Both the position numbers and the translations under genes were made by a program. Below the pieces are notes generated by a model. That model was given only the letters and a program-made list of their open reading frames with translations. It searched no databases and had not been told where the DNA came from. This document shows positions 1-5,880 of a DNA stretch of 10,901 nt, piece by piece (position 1 is the first letter of the stretch; the number at the start of each line of letters is the position of its first letter). Location: NCBI RefSeq assembly GCF_000142905.1, contig NW_013657595.1, positions 1 through 10,901 on the forward strand, given 5' to 3'. This DNA is from Thecamonas trahens ATCC 50062 (Eukaryota > Protista > Apusomonadida).

Positions 1-70
1 CGCCCGCCCCTTTTTTAAAAAAAATCCAGGCATTTTTTCCCCCCTCTTCCCCCCCCAACCCCTTTAAAAA

Positions 71-95
71 CCCCCCCCCCCCCCCCCCCCCCCCC
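71..95 (+). repeat. Poly-C tract (25 nt) in a homopolymer-rich leader
   Basis: Direct reading; bases 1-100 are mostly runs of C, T and A. Confidence 0.9.
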
Positions 96-118
96 ACCTC
101 CACCACCGTTCGTCAACA

Positions 119-199
119 ATGACTCGAACCGAGAATTTGGCAACGCTGAGGATTGTCGTCGTCATCGTCCTGGGCACCATGTGCAATGTTGTCTTCGGG
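119..199 (+). other. Signal peptide of gene 1
   Basis: Short polar/basic N-region, hydrophobic core IVVVIVLG, plausible cleavage after VFG (aa 27). Confidence 0.75.
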
Positions 200-3100
200 A
201 ACGACTTTGCCTCGCCGCGACCATGCGGTTCTTCTAATCCAAGCTGGCAGACGGATCTGGGTGCATCTCCTCCGGATAACATGGCCATTGTTGTCCCTCT
301 GGATGGCTCAGCCTTTGACCAAGAGCCATGGCTCAACAACCCGCTCCCGCCTCCATGCGACAAGCAAGGCTACAACAAGGGGCCATACCATTGGATTCGT
401 CTGCATGGCGATGGTCAAACGTACTCGTTCAACACCTGTTCGGCCGTCACGGATGTCGACACTGTCCTGATGGCTTTCGAGTCGGAGAACGCCGCTATGA
501 GTGGCGGCTGTCTTCGGTGCAAGGCAAGGCAGATCGGCACTGCTGGCGAATGTACGTTTGGCGCGATGGAGACAATCACCTTTACTGCCAAACCTGGCAA
601 CTCGTACTACGTCCTCGTCGCCATTCGTGGCTTCCAGCCACCGATGCCGAGCATGCGCTCGGTCGAGGTCACTCTCTCGGTCACTCCCCCGCCGCCAGCT
701 GGCTGGCTCTGCGCGCCGACCGAGTACAATGACGGCATCACCTGCGACTGCGGGTGCGGCATTGTCGATCCGGACTGTGCCTCGACCTTTGAGACGGACG
801 AGTACAACGACCACTGCCACGAGCGCTCCAACTCGGCCGCCTCGTGCTGCAACATCGGGGTTGGCGACGAAGTCTTGCACACGTGCAACACCAACTGCCA
901 CGACCCACAAGAGTGCTCCATGGACCCCGACCCCGATGGCCACACTTATGTCCCACCGCCGCACGACTACGCCACTACGACCTGCTCCGGCCCGCCGACC
1001 GTCCTCGCCAACCCCGATGGCAGTCTCGCTCTGCCCTCGACCGGCTACGACTGCTACGTCAAGAACATGAACTGCAAGCACGTCATCGACGTGCCCGGCG
1101 CCTCGTCCATCGTCCTTGCCTTTGATTATGTCTGGCTCGAGCCACAGTACGACTCAGTCACCATCTACGAGGGCGCGTATGTCGACAGCACCAAGAAGCT
1201 CTTCACCTACGACGTCGCCAATGCCGGCCTGCCGCCCTACACCTCAACCTCGACACCGTACGGCCCCGACTTTAACTCGGTGCCTCAGTTTGTCGAAATT
1301 CCAGGCTCAAAAGCCATGATTACCTTTGTCTCGGACGATTCGCATCAGAACGCGGGCTTTAGCCTGCAGTACTGCGCTCATGGCGTATCGAGCTCGCCGT
1401 TGTGCGTCACCACGTCGTGCACACCTGGCTCGTGCAACGGCCACGGCGCGTGCGCCAACGGTGTCTGCAATTGCTACGCCGGCTACTCGGGACCCAACTG
1501 CAACAGCCAGACGTGCGGCTCGCGGACGAGCTGCTCGTCATGCAACGAGGACTCTTCGTGCCATTGGTGCGGTAGCGGCATTGCAGGCGATGGAAAGAGC
1601 GTGTGCCTCGACAGCTCCGATTTCTCCTGTTCAGACCCGGCCATCACCACGTGCTCATGTAGCATGATCGAAGACTGTAGCTCCTGCACCGCCAATGTGG
1701 ACTGTGGCTGGTGCTTTGACCAGGGCTTGGGCGAGTGTGTCGACGGCTCGAGGCTCAAGCCCAAGGACACTTCGTGCATCGACTACTTGTACCAGCAAGA
1801 CTCTGCTACCAACGCTGTGTGTCCGGCCCCGTGTACCGACGAGTGCTCCAACCAGGGCCTCTGCGAGTGCTCGTCAGCCTCGTGCGCCTGCCTCTGCTAC
1901 TTTTCGTTTGCCGGCGATACCTGTGCTGTCGGCGTCTCCAACACCTGGCAAGTCATCGAGGCCGACCTTTTGCCGCAATGCACCGACGACGAGCTTGTCG
2001 CGGACATGGTGCCACTTGCTGGCCACACCGGTGCCACCATGATCCTTGACGACGCTGCTTACACCGTCATTTATGGAGGCGTCACCCGTGACTGCACAAA
2101 CCCCGGCCTGGTGCGGACAACCAATTTCACCTACATCAACCGCCAGTCACAGGGCGACGGCCAGGATGCAACGTCCTCGCCCTGGGCCGCCTTTGCCGTT
2201 GTCGGCGAGTTTCCGGCTTCGCGCGCGTACCACGCCGCCACCCTCGTCCCACAGCCGTCGGCTCAGGCCCCGTACGCCATGTACATGATGGGCGGCAAGT
2301 CGTCTCCCGAGATGGACAAGGGCGTGGGTACGATCCACGACGATCTGTGGAAGTTTGTCCTTCCAGGGCGGTGGCAGCTAGTGTGTCCCGGCTCAGCATG
2401 TCTCTCTCTCGCCATGCCGTCGCCGCGGTTTGGCCATGCGCTCCTGTACTCGGCCGCCAGCGGCGCTGACGTCTTGTACGTCTACGGTGGACTCGACGCC
2501 CTTGACGTCCCTCAGACCGGGCTCTACGCCTTTGATCTCACCACCCAGACCTGGTCCACACCTAGCACTGATGGTGAGCCGAGCGAAGGTCGCGCCTTTG
2601 CTGCCGCCGCCGCCACGACTGACAGGCTTCTCTTCGTCGGTGGTCTTGTCACTGCCGACCCGTCTGACCCGCCGCCACCGGCTGGCCCGTGGTCATCGAC
2701 GACACTCGCCGTCACGAACGCGGTGTGGAGTTTCAACCCCAGCAGCCTCGCCTGGGAGCAGCTGACGCTGACTGGCAGCGGCTCGGCTGGCAGCGCCTTT
2801 CCGGCCATTGCCCGCGCCACCGCCATTTACGACGACGTGGCCAAGCTCGTCTACGTCACCGGCGGCATGGATGCATCCGGCAACGCCCTCGGCGACCTGC
2901 TGGTCATCGACGTCGCTGCCGCCACCTTTGCTGTTGTCGCGTACAACACCCACGCCACCGGCAAGGTTCCCTCGCCGCGCTTTGACGCTGCGTCTGTGCT
3001 TGTCTCGTCGGCCGGCGACGTCATTGTCACCGGCGGCTTTGACCACGCCGCCGTCGCCAACGACGTCATGCGTTTCCACGTTCCGGCGTACATCTCCCGC

Positions 3101-5869
3101 GCGAGCCCCGAGGCACTCGACCCGCGCGGCTCTGCAAGCCCGGTCGTGTTGCATGGCTCGTTTGGGCGGCTTGTCCAACTGGTAGCAAGCCTCACCGCGT
3201 CGACCGCTGGCGGTGGCGGCTCTTCCGCCACCTTTGATCCGACAGCCTACGACTTTAGCCGCGACGACGTCCCACCCGAACTTCTCCGCTGCGCCTTTGC
3301 GTCGTCGGGCAAGTTTGTTGGCTACAGTCCTACCGACCCGGGCGAGGTGCCCGACGGCTACATCGAGACCAACGTGCTCCGGCTGACTGCCTCCGAAGTC
3401 CACTGCGCTGTCCCGTCGCACCCGTCGGGCGCCGTCGACATCACCCTCACTGTTCTCAGCAACGTGGTCATTCCCGGCGACCCGCCCGAGACGTACCGGT
3501 TCTTCCTTGGTACGTCGGCGACTGTCACCTATGAGCCGTGCCCGCGTGGGACGGCCCAGGCCAAGCCGGCGTGGTCGTGGAGCCCAGGCATGGGCACCGA
3601 CTCAAGCAGCACCTTGCTCCAAGCCTGCCCGCCCTGCGCCATCGGCCTGTTCTCGGACACGCTTGACGCGGATGAGTGCCGGACGTGCACGCCAGGAACG
3701 ATTGCGCCGGTTACCGGCGCGGCGAGTTGCACGCCGTGCGAGCCGGGAACCATGTCGAGCAACCCACGCGACGGGGCGTGCACCCCTTGTCCGGCGGGAT
3801 GGTACGCGGCCAAGGCCGGGCTCTCCGAGTGCTCGACGTGTCCGGTGGCCAAGTACGCGCCCGAGGCTGGGCTTGCGACGTGCCTCTCGTGCCCAACCAA
3901 CTCGTCGATGCCGCCGCTCGACGACGGGCCGCGTGTCTCGATTGACAACTGCACCTGCGACAACGGGTTCTACGGTGACCCGGTTGACGGCGGGTGTGTG
4001 GCGTGCAGCAAGGCCATGGTCTGCGTGTGGGGCGAGAACCGATACCCCAAGGCCGCGCCCGGGTACTGGCGGGCGAGCGGCGACTCGGCCATTATGTTCG
4101 AGTGCGTGCCTGCCGAGGCTTGCAAGGCTGACCTCACCTGCTCTACCGGCTACATTGGACGGATGTGCTCCGAATGCGCGCCGGGCTACTACAAGCTCAA
4201 TCAGTACTGCCAAAAGTGCCCGTCGACCGACTCGAGCTGGAAGCTGGTCACCGCCGGCGTCATCGGCATTGTCGCCGTTCTCGGCCTTGTGCACCTGGCC
4301 AAGCCGTCGTCGACTGGGGCGCAAAAGGGCGCGCGCGGCGGGAGCAAGGCTGCGGGCTCGTCGTCGTCGTCGTCGTCGGCCATTGCTGCGCCGTCGATCG
4401 CCATCTCGTTCTTCCAGATGACGGCCGTCTTTGCCTCGTTTGGCATCCCGTGGCCCAAGGCTGTGGTGGACATGTTCTCGGTCGTCTCGCTCGTCAACAT
4501 CAACGTGGAGCTCCTCTCGCCCGAGTGCTCAATGGAAGTTTCGTTCTACGATAAGTGGCAGGCCATGATGCTTCTCCCCGTCGTTGTCCTTATCTTCTAC
4601 CTCTTTGCACTGGGAGTCGTTCTCGCATGGGTGAGCTACAGGCACTCGGAGGCAAGCCGCGCCGCCGCCGCCGCTGCGGCGTCCGCTGCTACCGACGGCG
4701 ATGACGTACCGTCCGAGTGGTCACAGATGAATGGCGGCGAGAAGCGGCGATTTGTGTGCCAGCTATTCCTCGCCGGCTTCCTCCTCTTCCTCACCCTCGC
4801 CTACATTGTGCTCGTCGATGTCACACTGCAGTTCTTTGACTGCACCAAGCAGGGTGACGGGACTTCGTCGCTGGATGCCGATCCATCGCTCTACTGCTAT
4901 GACGACGAGTGGTTCAAGCACCTCCCGCTGGGCGTTGCTGGCGTTGTGGTGTACGTTGTCGGCGTCCCCGGAGCGCTCTTTGTCCTCCTCTACGTCTTGC
5001 GGGTCAAGCTCGGCGACGATCTGCCGTCGGCGGCAGCCACCAATTTTTTCGTCAAGCGCTTCCAGACCAAGTACTTTTACTGGGAGGTGACCATCATGCT
5101 CCGCAAGCTCGCCATTGTTGTTGCCGCCAAGTTCTTCACCGCCCACTTTATCCTCCAGTCGATCCTGGCCGTCCTCATCATCTTTGCCTCGGTCCTGGTC
5201 ACCGCCGGCACCCGCCCGTTCCAGCGGCGGAAGTACAACATGCTCGAGATTGTCCTCCTCATCTCGTCGTTTATGGTCATCTTTGCCGGCATTCTCTTTG
5301 CCAATGACGAGGTCTCCGGCTCGACCCGCCAGGGCATCACCGTGGCGGTCATTACGGTCATGATCATCTCATCCGTTGTCATTGCCATTGTCATCGCCAC
5401 CGAGGTCAAGGCCAAGATTACCTCGCTCTGCGCTACCTCGGTTGCGCCAAAGGCCGCCACCGACGACCGAGGCGAGGAACTGGAGGTCCTCACCTCGCTC
5501 TTGCCTCATGACGGACCCCTGCTTGCGTCCAAGATCGGCGCTACGCTGGAGCCCGAAGAGCAGTCGACGCTCGTTGCGCTGCTCGAAGCTGTGTACCGGA
5601 CCGACGAGGAGCCGCCGGCGGACAAGAGGCTCGGCGTTGACGCAGGGCGCACTAGCGTGGCATCGGTGCGGGCACGGAGCCACAAGCGGGCGCAGTCCGG
5701 GACCAAACGGCTAATGTCGCTGCCGTCGCACGTCGACCTCGACGTTGATGTCTACTCGGCCGAGACGCTCGAAGACTCGCTGCCGGCGATCGATCCCAGC
5801 GACTACGACGCGCTTGAACAGGGCCAGCTATTTGACGAGAACCAGCAGGCGTGGAGCGACAACGAGTAA
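119..5869 (+). CDS. Large multidomain cell-surface protein (1916 aa): attractin/MEGF8-like ectodomain (CUB, EGF, PSI, Kelch) plus IPT-like domain, Cys-rich repeats and a multi-pass membrane domain
   Basis: Uninterrupted ORF from ATG 119 (context caacaATG) to TAA 5867-5869; strong C/G third-position bias; N-terminal hydrophobic signal (RIVVVIVLGTMCNVVFG); a series of recognisable extracellular motifs followed by many TM segments. Confidence 0.95.
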   Translation: MTRTENLATLRIVVVIVLGTMCNVVFGNDFASPRPCGSSNPSWQTDLGASPPDNMAIVVPLDGSAFDQEPWLNNPLPPPCDKQGYNKGPYHWIRLHGDGQTYSFNTCSAVTDVDTVLMAFESENAAMSGGCLRCKARQIGTAGECTFGAMETITFTAKPGNSYYVLVAIRGFQPPMPSMRSVEVTLSVTPPPPAGWLCAPTEYNDGITCDCGCGIVDPDCASTFETDEYNDHCHERSNSAASCCNIGVGDEVLHTCNTNCHDPQECSMDPDPDGHTYVPPPHDYATTTCSGPPTVLANPDGSLALPSTGYDCYVKNMNCKHVIDVPGASSIVLAFDYVWLEPQYDSVTIYEGAYVDSTKKLFTYDVANAGLPPYTSTSTPYGPDFNSVPQFVEIPGSKAMITFVSDDSHQNAGFSLQYCAHGVSSSPLCVTTSCTPGSCNGHGACANGVCNCYAGYSGPNCNSQTCGSRTSCSSCNEDSSCHWCGSGIAGDGKSVCLDSSDFSCSDPAITTCSCSMIEDCSSCTANVDCGWCFDQGLGECVDGSRLKPKDTSCIDYLYQQDSATNAVCPAPCTDECSNQGLCECSSASCACLCYFSFAGDTCAVGVSNTWQVIEADLLPQCTDDELVADMVPLAGHTGATMILDDAAYTVIYGGVTRDCTNPGLVRTTNFTYINRQSQGDGQDATSSPWAAFAVVGEFPASRAYHAATLVPQPSAQAPYAMYMMGGKSSPEMDKGVGTIHDDLWKFVLPGRWQLVCPGSACLSLAMPSPRFGHALLYSAASGADVLYVYGGLDALDVPQTGLYAFDLTTQTWSTPSTDGEPSEGRAFAAAAATTDRLLFVGGLVTADPSDPPPPAGPWSSTTLAVTNAVWSFNPSSLAWEQLTLTGSGSAGSAFPAIARATAIYDDVAKLVYVTGGMDASGNALGDLLVIDVAAATFAVVAYNTHATGKVPSPRFDAASVLVSSAGDVIVTGGFDHAAVANDVMRFHVPAYISRASPEALDPRGSASPVVLHGSFGRLVQLVASLTASTAGGGGSSATFDPTAYDFSRDDVPPELLRCAFASSGKFVGYSPTDPGEVPDGYIETNVLRLTASEVHCAVPSHPSGAVDITLTVLSNVVIPGDPPETYRFFLGTSATVTYEPCPRGTAQAKPAWSWSPGMGTDSSSTLLQACPPCAIGLFSDTLDADECRTCTPGTIAPVTGAASCTPCEPGTMSSNPRDGACTPCPAGWYAAKAGLSECSTCPVAKYAPEAGLATCLSCPTNSSMPPLDDGPRVSIDNCTCDNGFYGDPVDGGCVACSKAMVCVWGENRYPKAAPGYWRASGDSAIMFECVPAEACKADLTCSTGYIGRMCSECAPGYYKLNQYCQKCPSTDSSWKLVTAGVIGIVAVLGLVHLAKPSSTGAQKGARGGSKAAGSSSSSSSAIAAPSIAISFFQMTAVFASFGIPWPKAVVDMFSVVSLVNINVELLSPECSMEVSFYDKWQAMMLLPVVVLIFYLFALGVVLAWVSYRHSEASRAAAAAAASAATDGDDVPSEWSQMNGGEKRRFVCQLFLAGFLLFLTLAYIVLVDVTLQFFDCTKQGDGTSSLDADPSLYCYDDEWFKHLPLGVAGVVVYVVGVPGALFVLLYVLRVKLGDDLPSAAATNFFVKRFQTKYFYWEVTIMLRKLAIVVAAKFFTAHFILQSILAVLIIFASVLVTAGTRPFQRRKYNMLEIVLLISSFMVIFAGILFANDEVSGSTRQGITVAVITVMIISSVVIAIVIATEVKAKITSLCATSVAPKAATDDRGEELEVLTSLLPHDGPLLASKIGATLEPEEQSTLVALLEAVYRTDEEPPADKRLGVDAGRTSVASVRARSHKRAQSGTKRLMSLPSHVDLDVDVYSAETLEDSLPAIDPSDYDALEQGQLFDENQQAWSDNE
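386..685 (+). other. PPC-like (pre-peptidase C-terminal / jelly-roll) domain
   Basis: YSFNTCSAVTDVDTVLMAF...C...C...ITFTAKPGNSYYVLV matches the recalled PPC-like pattern y.fsTC....fDTvL.vy...vtf.a..g.tYyi.V. Confidence 0.55.
983..1372 (+). other. CUB domain
   Basis: CSG..VL..PDGSL...Y..NMNCKHVI.VP...IVLAF...LEPQYDSVTIYEG...AMITFVSDDSHQNAGFSLQY is the canonical CUB pattern, including the acidic Ca-binding positions (E, D, D). Confidence 0.92.
1418..1924 (+). other. EGF - PSI - PSI - EGF cassette
   Basis: EGF 1418-1501 (CNGHGACANGVCNCYAGYSGPNC); two PSI repeats 1514-1825 (SCSSC..DSSCHWC; DCSSCTANVDCGWC...GECVDG...P); EGF 1832-1924 (CSNQGLC...CLCYFSFAGDTC). Confidence 0.88.
2012..3082 (+). other. 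Six Kelch repeats (beta-propeller)
   Basis: Six GG blades: LAGH..VIYGG, PASRAYHA..MYMMGG..LWKF, PSPRFGHA..LYVYGG..LYAFD..TW, GRAFA..LLFVGG..VWSFN..AW, ARATA..VYVTGG, PSPRFDA..VIVTGG. Confidence 0.9.
3083..3530 (+). other. IPT/TIG-like Ig-fold domain with low-complexity insertions
   Basis: PAYISRASP...RG...VVLHGSFG...LRCAF...LTASEVHCAVPSHPSGAVDITLTV fits the IPT pattern (I..isP..G...v.i.G..F...C.f...s...i.C.vP....G.v.v.v). Confidence 0.65.
3539..4222 (+). other. GCC2_GCC3 / ephrin-receptor-like Cys-rich repeats and juxtamembrane Cys cap
   Basis: Repeated C..C..G.[YFW] units (CPPCAIGLFS, CRTCTPGT, CTPCEPGT, CTPCPAGWY, CSTCPVAKY), then PGYWR...C...AC...CSTGYIGRMCSECAPGYY...CQKCP. Confidence 0.85.
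4238..5407 (+). other. Polytopic membrane domain (about 9-10 hydrophobic segments) of a widespread protist family
   Basis: Successive hydrophobic stretches with the recalled family motifs ISFFQ, IPWP, FFDC..L.ADPS..CY..EW, YFYWEV.IMLRKL, RPF...N.LE. Confidence 0.85.
4358..4378 (+). repeat. (TCG)7 coding microsatellite, poly-Ser in the loop after TM1
   Basis: Seven perfect TCG copies in frame. Confidence 0.9.
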
Positions 5870-5880
5870 AAACCAAGTAT

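Noticed and set aside
11-70. TTTAAAAA twice as TATA-like boxes or a terminator
   Set aside because: Embedded in homopolymer-rich sequence that may be a read-quality artefact; cannot be supported.
5210-5221. TRPF as the MGRN1-binding MASRPF motif of attractin/MEGF8
   Set aside because: Only RPF matches, and it lies in a short inter-TM loop where the polytopic family carries its own PF motif.
119-5869. Naming gene 1 ATRN/MEGF8 or calling it a 7TM GPCR
   Set aside because: Domain order differs, it is multi-pass with more than seven hydrophobic segments, and no GPCR class signature or GPS motif is visible.
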